A stretch of DNA of 64,000 bases, from contig NMRA01000186.1 in the NCBI GenBank assembly GCA_002633005.1, positions 62,001 through 126,000 of the forward strand, in the 5' to 3' direction. Positions within the stretch are counted from its first letter, which is position 1; every line of letters starts with the position of its first letter. The position numbers and the translations under genes were made by a program. Origin of the DNA: Phoronis australis. Taxonomy: Eukaryota; Animalia; Phoronida. Below are positions 1 through 14,100 of the stretch, one piece after another. Under the pieces are notes generated by a model that worked only from the letters and a program-made list of their open reading frames with translations, was not told the origin of the DNA and did not search any database.

Positions 1-2011
1 CAATTCTTCAAATTCAAATTATACAGTTTACCACAGTGTTACAATATTGGTGGCCAGAGATTTATTTTCCCTGGCAGTTCAAATATTTCCCTCTAGTCCC
101 TCCTCCAGTCATCAAATTATACAACATTCAGCATCTTTTATGGAACACCAACTGAACAAAATTGAAACATCAAGTTATTTTTTATTGATTTTTTCAATGT
201 AAAGAATACTAACAGCTGAGGTGTCGAGAGCAGGAGATAGGGCCATTTCCTCTCCTTTTCTACAACCAGAGCAGAAATCTAAGCCATGCAGGAAGATAAA
301 GTAGACAAAGCAAAATGTGAACTGGAGTCGGGACCAACAGCAAGTGAATTCCTCCAATATAAACCTCACACAGAACTAAACGCTTGGTGGCATAGCTTGT
401 CATCCATTCAGTGAGATTTAGTCGGAGGAGTGGCCAATAAGTTGATTGGCAGCAAGTCATTCAAACACAAGTTTTCAATCTAGTTGACTTCCTGATGTTA
501 GCCAACCAATTATTGTTGCTTTAAAAATACTGAGCAAAATAAAGTGTTTCCAAGGTGGTGTCCATTTGTCTTTAACATTACGATAGCTCAGATCAAGAGA
601 GATAGATCCTCTTGGACTGGTCAGAGCTACAAATGCCATACAGTTTTGCAACAAGGTTAGACAGAGGATTTTTTGTTCCTGGCCAGTCCAGTAGAATGAA
701 TCTAGCATGGCTTTCTACGGGCTCAGTTATTTACTTTGAGGACAGGATGCAGCCCAACCAAAGTTATGACGGGTGCATCCTTTGGCCTCTGGCGAGACGT
801 CTCCTACTCAAGGAGAATACAATATTCAAAATCATTAACGGGGTAATTACAGATCCGTTGTCCATAAGTCATAGGTCGGTCAGTGTAAAAGGCATCAAAA
901 TAAAGTACACAGCACAAGGTTCCAACCAGGAGAGGACTGCGCTGTGTGACACAGAACAACACTTGTACACGATTGTACGAAATACTTGTTGAGTGAACTT
1001 GAATGGTGAAAACAGTTTCACAGTAGTTTTTGACAAAATGATTTCAACTGCTTGAACTCTATTGCAACGAAAGAAAAACAGTTTCAACTCATCTGACGAG
1101 CTGACAGCCACAGGATAGTAGCAAGCTACAAAAGTGAGGGACACAGACAGCTTGATGGTTGCTTTTGCTGCTAGAGGAACCCTTAACTAAGGAGCAGTAG
1201 CTTACCAACCAGACTAGGTGACTGCCGAATAAATAAGTCAGACCAAGGCGGCTTGATGATGGTTTACGATAGACGATGTTCATTCAAGTTGGCTATTTGT
1301 TCTGAAACCACCTCCTGTGCCGCTAGCATACTACCCGGAGAAGAACGTTAAAAAATTCAGAAACCAGCATAGCTCAAAACCGAGCTACAAATACATGTTT
1401 CCCTCAACAACAACTAGTCCTCAAAGGGGTGCACGCCAGCTGAACGAGAGGCGGAAATGCGAAACAAAGCAATCAAACCTGTATATAGCACTCCACTGGC
1501 CGCTCTCTACTCATTTTATTCAAAAACATTTTTGTAAAAATAACAAAAAAGGTTCTCAACAAGTATCAAAAATAAACTTTTTAATACTCTTACAAAAATT
1601 AAAAATAGCAGCTTGACCTTTCGCTGCTTAACATAAAAGGCAACCCTGGGTGACCTTTCGCTGAGGTCACGTCACCTGTACGAGAGATCACCCAGGTAAA
1701 CCGGGCCAAGTCCCGTTGTCACAATACCCGTAGGTACCAACACCTAACTCTACTCCTTAAATAATTTTGATGCCTTTTTGTAATCCAGTCCAATTACAAT
1801 GCCTGTGCTTATGCTTCAGGTGTACAGGGGACAGCAATGCCATGACAAGACGGGGTGAAATGATGGAACTACCATTTCAGCAGCACATTAGGTATTATTC
1901 CTACAACCTTTCCCAAGCCTAGTGTGCAGCCGAAACCATAATACGATTTTACTACAAATACGCAACCAGGTCCAGTGTATTTCTTTCCGTCTCACCATGG
2001 TGATCTGTCAT

Positions 2012-2179
2012 CTACTGCTGCCCGTTCTGGTGGACATGGGCGTGGTTATGGGCATGCTGACCATGAGTGTGGGGCCTACCACGACCGCTGCCGCCACCAC
2101 CACGTCCGTATGGCTGTTGGTTCATGTTGGCTTGAATGGAACCCTGGGCCAAGAGCTGACGAATCAACTGCTGGGCAAG
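2012..2179 (-). CDS. IGF2BP: IGF2BP exon 14 (KH4 last helix, C-terminal tail, stop)
   Basis: ttttcag|[12 protein letters not shown]...[31 protein letters not shown]. Confidence 0.88.
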   Translation of the reverse strand, partial: LAQQLIRQLLAQGSIQANMNQQPYGRGGGGSGRGRPHTHGQHAHNHAHVHQNGQQ

Positions 2180-5100
2180 CTGAAAAGCAGACAAGAAGAA
2201 TTGTAAGTGAACAATGCTTCTTTTTGTTTGCATGAGATGATGACACTTGGACACGTGGATATCATAACAAGACGGCAACAAACAGATATAACAACTAGAT
2301 GACAACACTTGGACACGTGGATATCATAACAAGACGGCAACAAACAGATATAACAACTAGATGACAACACTTGGACACACGGATATCATAACAAGACGGC
2401 AACAAACAGATATAACAACTAGATGACAACACTTGGACACACGGATATCGTAACAAGATGACGACAATTGGACACATGGATATCTTAACAAGATGACACT
2501 TGGACACATGGATATCTAACAAGATGACACTTGGACACACATATATCATAACAACATGACGACACTAGGACACTTGGATATCGTAACGACAAGATGATGA
2601 CACATGGACAACTATAGTTTTATTCTGATGAAGCAGTATTCAGGGATTTCCTACACACCCAAGACTTAAATTACTTGAGAAAAATTCCTAAATATTTAAT
2701 TAAAGCTGAGAAAGTCAAATAGTTTCTTGATGTAAATTAGTATTGGTTTAGATATCCTGTGCTCTCTGTTAATTATATATTTGTAATGATATAAAAAAAA
2801 TAATTGCAGGCGGTCTGATACACGTTGTACCAGACGTGCGCAGGCCTCACATGTGGGCCCATTGTTCTGATCACCTGGAAATATTTTTATGCTTTATTAA
2901 TATATGGTTAAATATTTGTAATGAGGGCCAAAGACCTATTTTCCTGAAATACACATTTATTCATTATTTACTTCACTGACAGAGAACAACAAACTCATTG
3001 CATTTTGAAAGTAAACACACGAATGCCTATCAATTGGCGAATCTTAAAATGAAAGTTTCATTTCAGCTTGAAAAGAAAGTCACAGTAGTTGAAGTCGTTG
3101 GAAAATCATTGTCAACCGTCTTCTTCATAGTGAGAACATACATGGCAATTTTCACAACCATACTGAGAGCAGTTTGGTTGATAGAGGGGTGGACGTCAAG
3201 ACTCGAAAACAGTAAAAACGGCCACTAAGTGGCGCAAAGTACCTCGAATCCGTTGGAAAACAGGAGGATGGCATCATCTTACTAACAGATGCCTAACTGC
3301 TAAATTTTATGAAAATCCGTTGAGGACCACCGAAGATACAGAGATAAGTGAAAAAACTAAAATTGTCAAATGGGGGCACACCGGTTGTCGGAGAGGTCCG
3401 AAATTCGTAGTCATCTTCATAAAAACACATCTGTCAAATCTCATCAACATCCTGCGGGGGGGGGGGGGGGNGGGGGGGGGGTTTAAGAGACACAGGTGTG
3501 GACACCTAAACAGAGATGACCACAATATGTGACCACATATAAATATTTGGGCGCATAACAAGCTGTCGAGCATGGTCAAAATGATTTGGGGTGTACCCAG
3601 AGCTCCAGAGCTGAATCCACAAACAATTTCACACCCAAAATGATTTGGGGGTGTACTCAGAGCCTGAGAGCTAAAAACAAAACCACAATTTTATGAGTAC
3701 ACCCAAAATGATTTGGGGTGGATACAAACAACTTTATGAGTGCCCTCAAAATGATTTGGGGTGTACCCAAGCCAGACTAGGGTCCGGTCTCCAATCTTTT
3801 TACTCGAAATGGAACTCGAAATTAGGTTTGGCATTTTCTACTCTACTTTTGGGCGAACTCAAGATAAGAGTCTATTATTCTATGCTCGAGTACACAATAA
3901 CTTACGTAGATAATTTATTGCCCTTAGTTCACAGTTTGTAAACCCAATATTAAAGCAATAAGTTCGAGTTTGAACTCGAAATTTCGAGTTTTTACTCGAG
4001 TTTGTAGCACGAATATAAGGGTCTTCAAGGGCAAACTTGAACTAGAAACTCTTATGCATAAACTATAATGTATTCGATCACAGTCTGATAACCAATTATC
4101 TTAAGTTCGCACAAAAGGAGCAGAGAAATTGCCAAAAATAGTTTTGAGTTCGTTTCGAGTACAAAGATTAGAGACCGGGCCTAGATGAACTCAGTCATGC
4201 AAGACCATCAGGGTACATGAAACCCTGCATAATTTTATTTTTCTCTTCAATTGTTCATTTCCATGATAAAAGTTCATTTGAAATACTAACATGTTATCAA
4301 TAAGTAAGAGAACAACCATGTCTAACTCATCTCATAGTCAAGCATATATATGCATGTAGAGACTTACAGGGATAGCTATATCAACACTTACAGGGATAGC
4401 TATATCAACACTTACAGGGATAGCTTTATCAACACTTACAGGGATAGCTTTATCAACACTTACAGGGATAGGTTTATCAACACTTACAGGGATAGCTTCA
4501 TCAACACTTACAGGGATAGCTTCATCAACACTTACAGGGATAGCTATATCAACACCTACAGGGATAGCTATATCAACACTTACAGGGATAGCTATATCAA
4601 CACTTACAGGGATAGCTATATCAACACTTACAGGGATAGCTTTATCCACACTTACAGGGATAGCTATATCAACACTTACAGGGATAGCTATATCAACACT
4701 TACAGGGACAGGTATATCAACACTTACAGGGATAGCTTTATCAACACTCACAGGGATAGCTTCATCAACACTTACAGGGATAGCTTTATCAACACTTACA
4801 GGGATAGCTTTATCAACACTCACAGGGATAGCTTTATCAAAATTTTAAAATGAACAGGACAACATCAAAATTCAAACTGCAACTTCGCATAAGTTTATTT
4901 TTGGTTTAACTCGATTTTCAATTCTGGCTAAATTTATTTTTGGTTTAACTCATTTTCAATTCTGGCTAAAACTCTACAAAACCATGACAAGCGTTGTACC
5001 ATGCACTTTATTATTAAATTGTGACAACTTACTGTGTAAGTCCATTCACAGCTGTTTAATTAGCCACTAGGCACAATAATGTCATCAAATTGTGACACAA

Positions 5101-8100
5101 TTTTGACTAAACTGCCAAGAAGTAAGTCCAAGTTAGGCAATGTCCGACAGATAGAGATCTGTTGAAGTTTGTTCAGATTACTTTAAAAATTACTGTACAG
5201 ATAAAACATTCATAAAACTGCTTACAAGTTGGCATAAAAATTGCGCCACAATCAAATTTGAAAAAGTAGCTATTGTTTAACTTTATATACGAAATCAGTG
5301 CAATCACCTGACCTGATTTGATCAGTAGTCATGGATACGAACTTTGAGGAATGAGGGACCCAATTGGACAAAACACTACGACCTTCAGATGAGCGGTTCA
5401 CTTACCAACTGACAATGAACAGTGCCCTCAATGCAGACAGGCACCTCTTCAGGAGGGTTGGCAGAGTTCTCAGGTAGAGTAATGGTCGTGTTACTCGTTC
5501 TAGTGATGTTCTTCACCTGAAATAATACAAGACACAGGTGAAACTACTCCTCCCCCTGTTGTCAACACCCTACCTACCATTACCAAGTTATATGCGTCAC
5601 AACACGACCAGTTTTCCCATAACTGTTTTCTTTCTAGGCAGATCCCCACAAACAAATTTCTACTGTCGTAAAAAATACAGGAATTTTACATTCAGTATTA
5701 ATCACAATTCTTCTAGAACTATTCAAAGATTTTGACTGTAACTGATATGATATTTCAATGAAAATTAAATGATCTCGAATTCGACATGATGAACTACCAA
5801 ATTATACATTACGTTGTTTAGTCAAAAATTTCTATGAATTTTGACAACTGCACTAAATCTCAACATACATTTGTTCAGTTGCAATTCCTCGAGCTTTAAT
5901 CCAAACGCGAGACAGTTTTAAGGGAAAAAGGAGATAAAACTGAGTCGCAAATTGCCGGACTGTCAATGCAGCTTTGTGCTTTCAGAAAGCAGGCTTTACA
6001 CATTGAAAGTGAAAAATGACTAATTAAAGTGCCTTACATTTGACCACCTTGGTATGATGTTTTAAGTTTGGAATGTTAAGTATTATTTCTGTACTAGGGG
6101 TCAAATGCAGCTTCAGTTAAAGCTGCACTTCCTTTTAACTTATTTCCTAAAATGCACATAATTACACTCCAAGACGTCTCGAGCTTTTCTACGCCATAAT
6201 GAGAGCTTATTCCCTCAACCAAACATGTCATTCAGGGCAGCAACTAATAAAAAGAAAGCCACCATTTTGACAAAAAAATTGGGTCGTTCCAAGTGACCCT
6301 TCAATTTCTATTGAATTGAGAGTAGAAACTTATTTCTTCGATCAAACTTGTGCACGGGATAGAACGATACTGGCAGAGTTGAGCAAAGATTAGGCCTGCG
6401 CAAGCTTTATAGCTAAGATGTTTGCAATGTGGGGAGCACCAACTTGTAAGATATGGGATACTCACGTTCTGTCCACCACGGCCGATGATGCGACCGACCA
6501 TCTTGTTGGGCACCAACATGTCCACACGTAGCGGCGGTTCCTCCAGACTGTGCATGTGGCCATTAGACAGAGTCTGCTTCACTTTGTGGAACACAATGTA
6601 CATTGCCTGCAACAGGATGGGAATGAAGGTTAATTCAAAACTATCCCCTATCTCGCATTAAAATCTCCACAGGGTCCTCAATGATTCAAACGACTCAAAA
6701 ATCCCTCTGTGCCACAACTTTCTCCAGGAATGTCCCAACATTTCCCCTGAAGTTCGTATCCGTTTCAACTTCAACACTTTGCATCAGAAGGCAGTCCTTG
6801 ATCCATTGCCTGACATCCCTCCCACCGCACATTGTCAAATCAATCCCTGCAGATACTTCAGACAGTGACTGATAAGGGATGGCAACTACGGGTGTTTTCT
6901 TCTCATTAGAAAAACCTTCTCTGTATCTGAACACATATACACCTTTACCCCCAAAGTAAGTCAGAGCCCTGCCCTACCTGGTTTGCCGTCATATAACTGG
7001 CTTTTTCATACGGCCTTGTAGCTTTCAGCAGTTAAAAAATTCTAACATTTTCATTTTTTCCAACCCCAAATGAGAACTTTCCATATGGAATACAATTCTT
7101 GCCTATCAAAGCCGGGGTCGTCATCAATTGTTACTTTACAGTGAAACACAGAAACTTACCACTAACTAGGTTACCAATTCTATCAGCTGACACTTTATTA
7201 GATGACTATCATGGCAAAGCACTAGCTTTATGTTTTAGATGTGTAAAAATGACCTACATTCCAGCAAGAGCTTGAGTTGCCCCTGATGACTACCGCCCTC
7301 TCACGAGCATCTGGCCCAGCCTTTTCTTTGGACTCTACCTACAACAACACAAATGAGACAATACCATGCAATGAGTCTATGTCCAAATAAACAAAGTGAT
7401 CAAACCAACACAGGCAACATCCTTGCTTTGAAAAAAAACCCATTATGTAATAAGTGAGAGTTTCATCACAAACATGCCTGGAAACCAGATGCAATATGCT
7501 ACAGCGAGACTAACATGTCATTTAGAACATTATCTGTGCAGTCATCCAATGCTATATACCATTGGAATGTGGTTCACATCACGGGTATCTCATTATACTG
7601 CCATAGATACTGTTAACAACAAAGGTATACATATCTGACCTCATCTGGTACCTTACATGACCACTTCTGAAGGATAATAACAGAACAATGAAGTCTTTGC
7701 AAAAAAGAAGGCAACACTAGAAATGAATCTCCAAGATGACTTGACAGCAGACCAATGCAGGCATTAGTGTCAAAATCATCCCCAACGTGTACAGCCAAGT
7801 AGACTGGGCATTGACGCAGACACTAGTTTCAGACAACCAGCTGCTTACAATCACTTGAGCTCCACTGTTCTCTTTGATGGAGCTGATGAACTGCCCTCCC
7901 TTGCCAATCAGAGCACCCACATGATCTGCTGGTACATAAACGGTGATCTCCATTTGCGGGTTGGGGCTGAACTGACGCCGTGGGTCCATGTAGGCATTCA
8001 GCTGCATACCATAGGGTCCCTACCGAGACCAAAAGAAAATGCTGTAGTCACAGCAGACATCTATACTTGCACCACAGACCAGAGATACAGACATCTATAA

Positions 8101-11100
8101 TTGCACCAAAGACCAAAGAATACAATACAGACAAGTCAGCTAATTAAGTCACAGAAGAGCGATTGTTAACTCATGAATGTCAACGATAAAATGAAACTAT
8201 TTCTAAAATCTATACTTTAATTCATGAGCGCAATCAAGTCATGACTGTCACTGCAAGATGAATCTTTAAATCTATAGTAACTGCAATAAATTCTGAATCA
8301 ATAATAAAATTAACTATTTCTTAAATCGATACAGACTCCCAAAAGTGTGATTAATTCATTAATGGTGTTCAAAAACCTAACTATTTCCTTCTTTAAATAA
8401 CCAGCTGATGCTAGTAAATTTTGCCGTATTGATCAGACACAAGAGCATAGAATGATTCTTCATATTTTTAAAGGGATAGAATCAAGGATAAATATCCTTG
8501 AATTATGATTTGACAAATCGCTTACATGATGGACAAACATCTGGTATTTAATGTTTAACATCCTGAACACCCACATTCACTACACTGCAAAACATATCAT
8601 TTGACATAAGGAACCTTCAAGAAAGTCCAGGCAGACTGTGCCAGCATTTCTAGTAATTTTGGATAGATAGTCTTGTGGTTTTGTATCCAAAGACTAGATG
8701 GACTAAAAATGCGACTTTTAAATATGTCAATTATTAAAGTCAGGTACATATTTGGAGGCCACTGCCTGCAGTATGGGACGTTTTATACACATACCTAAGG
8801 AATCTCTATAATTAAACACTGCTAACAGGCAATAAATAACCTTAAGAAATGACCCATCAACCAAAACTTAAGATCCTATAGTTTTTTGTCCCGATAACAA
8901 ATCCAAACCACACATAAGTGTCGGCAGGACTCACCATTGGGTAGGGTGGCTGGCGCATCATTCCAAAGCCGGGGTTCATCATACCCCCACCCATCATATT
9001 CATGTGGTAGTAATAGTGAGGCTGAAACAGATAAATACTCAATTAGACACTTGAGCTGCACCGGTGTACTGTTACTTCGGCAAAATACCAACAAGTGTCA
9101 CTACCGGTTCAACACAACAAAGCACTGGTCATTAACAACTATCCCACTGAGTAAATGCCAGCACATTAAAACTACTAAGATTCTTCTTGTGACAAGAACA
9201 ACATCTATTGTGTGACTGTCCTAAATTCCCAGCATTCCTCATTCAATTTTCACTTAAGAGGAACTGCGAAAAGATGCTCAGTCAATAGTGGTGCTTGCTT
9301 AGCGTAAAAACAGTACTGCCCCCTATTGCAGATGAATGTGTATACTCACATCCATCTTGTAGTTCTTCAGGTCGTTCTCGTAGGCCGTCTTCAGCTTGGT
9401 GTAGATCTTGGCTTGAGCCTCCACTTGATCCTCCAGGTTACTACCCCTCACCTCGATGGTACGGTCCTGGTAGGCGGGGGTTACCTCGTGCACGCTGGAC
9501 ATACAACACCAGGAGTCAAAGCATAGCAGTAACATGAGATAACACATTGGTAAGCAATAATGTGATCACGCGACTCCAAAAACAATATGTGGGTACCTCC
9601 TCAGTCATATACCACACAAGCAATATAATCACCAGCCTTCCTTTTTTATGAACACAACTGGATTTTCCCCAATTACAGTGATAGGCCTCGTTTTGTAATG
9701 TCAGGCACATTTTCACAGGTCATTGTGGGTAAATACAGCCAGATTGGAGCCTCGCTGTATAATCCGCCACAGTCATATTTGTTTCTCATGAGGTGCTTGT
9801 CTTTTCTCTAATTCTATTTTACAAATGCATTATTTTCTCAACAAACACCTTAAAGTTAACTTAATCATTCACAACTAAACGTGTCGAAATGAAATGAGAC
9901 AAAGTAAAGAGGTACCTGGATACTCCTATTTTGGTACATGTCTCTTCCATAATAGTCTTCAGCACATTGCCACCCTTACCAATGAGCCGACCACAGAGAT
10001 CATTGTGAGCCAGGATCTTCAGGACTACCTCCCTGCCAAAAATAGAACACACCAAACAATGACAGTGGCGAAGGAGACCAACTTGAACAAGGTGTGAACA
10101 ATACTACAATTGCACAATGTTGCGCTTCCATTTTTGAACTTCGTCTACAGTATGACAATCATTTTCCATGTACAAATTTTGATACATTTACTAACAATAA
10201 TTATGTACAAGTATCGAAACACTTAGCTAAGTTCCAGCAAGTCACTTAACTTACACTTAAACGAGATGTCATGGCGATTTTGATACTTGGAGTATGGCAA
10301 TTTCTAGACATACAACAGAAGTTGTTACCCGGGTGTCACAACACCACGCCTACTCACGGCTTGTTGTCTTTCACTGACTCGGCATACATCACTTTCAAAA
10401 TCTCACGGCATGCTTCAGTGCAGTTCTCTGGTTGGTTTGCAAGGATAACAATCATCTGAAACACGAAAACAAGAATCTTGATGGAGGAAGAACAATTGTT
10501 TATACGCACTCACAACTTATACAACAGCTGACTGAATGGTATGTTCCTGTGGTTAAACACTAAAAAATGCATGTTTGTGGAGTTGTAAGCCTGCAAGGCC
10601 AACATGTTAGGACCAGCAAGAAACATGTAGCTGACTCACAATGCATTCAACAGCAAGCTCATGTCAACTTGTCAAGAGATCATATCTGGACACCACACTC
10701 GCATAGACAATGTAAGCTAGTAAATGTGGCAGTCCAAATCAATTACCAGGGCTTGGAATGACCAATGACAAAAAACGCGGAAACTTTTATGGCCCAAAAC
10801 AAGCGCGCCACTCAGCCTTGAAATAGTCGATATGAACCTTACGCGACAAAAATCGGGAGGACTAAAAAAAACACGTTACCACCATCAGTAGCATGCGTCT
10901 GCGTCTTTTTAGCTCGTCCGTCCACTCCCACCCCACACATTTTTGGCAGCAGAGCCGTAGTATTTGTCACCGCGGTTTACAATCACACGAGACGCCATTG
11001 AAAATCCCACCACGCTATCCTAGATGCCCCGGCAATGTTGACAATTTACGTTCCTCCGAAACATAAAGAGCAACTTTCGCTTTTCGAGGTGAACGTCGTC

Positions 11101-14100
11101 AGCAACGCCGCGGTAAGAAAGGAATTTGCAGCGGAAATTTTATATCAAATCCCATTTTTTTACGAGGAAATATAAAATGCGCGGACAGAACATTTGAAAA
11201 AAGCGGAAATCCACGTTTCCGCAGAAAATTCCAAGCCTTGAATTACACAGGAATATCCTATGGCCAGAGCTTTAAGTCTGCAGCCAGATCAAAAATGTCT
11301 GTAATGTTGTCCTTCAAATCCAGTTGCCACCTATGTTAACACCACCACAATAGAATAGAGACTGCACCTGGACCTACTTAGTTTCACAGCTAGTGACCCA
11401 TTTGACCAGTGACCAGTACCACGATCCTATAGTTACATTACAATGGTCACTCGCAACATTGGTAGATTGCATAGCTAATGACAGGAAATAACATCAATCA
11501 AATTGTGAAAATTAATCAGCCACAGAAGTAGCATGCATTTCTCTCGCACAAACAGCCTTACTGATAGACAGCGTCAATTGCATTTTGCAAACTGATTAAC
11601 AGTTAGCAGCAGTGAGATATGTCTTGGTCAGTGACATTTGTTACTATACACAGAATATTGTCACTTTGTTTCCCTAAGAGTCTCGAACTAATGTGGAAAT
11701 AACCTTTTGACAGTTATTACTCATTTCCTGGGTTGTCGACCTATTAAGCAAATAATGTTAATTTCAAACAAATACATTAACCTTCAGCAGCAGGTAAGCA
11801 AGTCGAGCTGGGTGGTTTCATCCCCTAAGATTTCCAATATTTTCCTAAAGTTTCAATTTCAATGTAGACTGCTGGCCAGCATAACTGCATGCACACTTCC
11901 CATCAAGAGCTTTAGGCCTACCTTCTCTGAAGAGACAGAGTTCTCCCTTCTCAATACATCCACTCTGGCCTTGCTCTGCTGTGTGATATTCTTGATAGTC
12001 TTTCCACCCAGACCAATTATAGCACCCACCATTTCAGAGGGTACCGCTATTCTGGAAACGAGCAATGACAAATCTCTGAAAACTCCATCGACACAACACG
12101 GCTACACCATGATAGGACGTGTATCGTGGCCAAGGAACAGATTATAGGGGAAATTTTTAAAGATCCGGAATTCAAAGCTATGATATTCAGAATTACTGGC
12201 ACTCTCCTACAACTGCAGGAACTTAATTGCCTTACATGCGATGCACAACAACACACCTTTATTGGATTCTACAGATGTATATTCATAACAAGAAAAGTAA
12301 AGTTGATAATTAATTACAAGGGTATTTTGACCTAATTAAGGTAATGTGGGAACCTAGAAAAATGTTCATTTAAGCTAACTTTGTACATCATATCTCAGAC
12401 AGTGTTGACCAGATTCTGATGAAAGTACAAGGTACTATGCTTTATGCACAGTTTATCAACATCCTTCTGGGAATTGTATTTAAAATGTTCCACTTTTGCA
12501 TGAGGGGTTATCAAAAGTAAAAACTTTTACCATCTTCATGACAAAAATCAAAAGTTGCACAAAATTGAAATGATAATTGAGAAAACCGTAATAGGGTTGT
12601 TGAGATTTCATCTAGAACAATTATATCAAATGAAATTTGGTCACGTTAACAGTTGGCTCGTTTTGCTACAAATTAACTCTTCTTTTCTGCTCAACTTTAC
12701 CAAAAAAACGTGTTCATGTGATCCACTTAATACAGATTGTTAAACAATCAAAAACCAAATTCTACACGCTTTCCACTTATACCAGGCAAAACTGTACTTT
12801 GTATATATTTGACTAAATACACACACATGCTAATCAAGTCCTCAAAACATTCACATAACAAAGTAGTTGCCATGTAATAAAGTGGCCGTATGCCCTTAAT
12901 AATAAGCTATTAGTCCAGACACCTACACGCACATCATAGCAAGAAGCTACTTATGAATGAAACTATACTACTGGATGTGGCTTATCCAATCAGTTAGTTC
13001 CCTAGCGACAAGACACCCAGCAAAAGATCAATAATGCACAAATTTTTATCATAGCAAGACGTAATTAAGATCACGACGGAAAACAAACAACTGCGAGGAA
13101 GGATCAAATGACAATAAATGATCGGCATCGCGGACAGAATTTTGACAATGCAAATCATTCTAGAAGAACTAAAATTGTAACATTTTGCTCAGAAAGTAAG
13201 CCCCCAGAGCCTTTACTTAGGGGCATGTTTGTATAAGTTCCTAAATTCACGAGCAAAATTCTTTCCACAAAAGCTGCATCTCCTCTTGGACAGTCCATAA
13301 AGTTTTCTAAACGCAGTAGTCCACATATGAGAAGGTCTTCCTAAGAAACCAATTTTGATTCAAAGAACATTGGAGAGCGAAAAAAGAAATTCAGATGAAA
13401 AGGAAGGTGCATGAAATCAATTCTGACAGAACAGATGGGATTTACGAAAAGTTTTATTTACACACAGCAGACCTCGACATTGACCGACTGTTTCGATTAT
13501 TTGTCCTTTTGAACAACTGTACTTCCATTCAACTTGTCCAAATCCAAAATGAGCTTGTCCAAAAATTTGAAGGAATAAATAACCATTTGTAGTATTAACA
13601 AGTATATTTGAAACTGCAGTTTCAGTATTTTTACAGTCAGGTGAACCGAGATTCTGTCCTCTGCTGACCTCCTCCTGCTGCTTGGACACAATTCGGGTTT
13701 CCTTATCAGTTCATATTCATTTGTACTACATTTTTCACCTTTGGAAGCTGAGGTCTCACTAGCACTGACAGATACACTTTTGAAATTAGTGGTTACTGAA
13801 CTCCTCATTGCTTTTCAACACACTGCGTAGTAGACAGCAAATAGTCTATGTCGTAACAGGAGATGGGAACATCAAATATTTACATTATCATTATTAGATG
13901 TAACAAATTATGAAGTTCTGTTAAGACGCTTACTTTGCAATTTCACATTTTTTCGCACCTGTTTTGAAGTGATTCACCAGCAGCCAATACAGTTAAGCAC
14001 CAAATCGCTTCCTTAAATTACGACATTGACTGACTGAAGCCCAACATTCGGTTAAGTCGGTTCTTCAACAGGTCGCAAGGGAGTCACTTCGAAGCTTTTT

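Noticed and set aside
612-992. 126-aa plus-strand ORF
   Set aside because: No ATG start or recognisable domain; lies antisense in the probable IGF2BP 3'UTR.
3455-3481. Poly-G tract as G-quadruplex
   Set aside because: Contains an N; length unreliable and probably a sequencing or gap artefact.
4338-4853. 161/167-aa repetitive ORFs on both strands; superficially CRISPR-like periodicity
   Set aside because: 24-bp minisatellite without unique spacers; ORFs stay open only because the unit is 3n and stop-free; intronic in a eukaryotic gene.
6695-6934. Intronic 79-aa ORF as an alternative IGF2BP exon
   Set aside because: Nearby acceptor gives an immediate stop in the required phase; no KH similarity.
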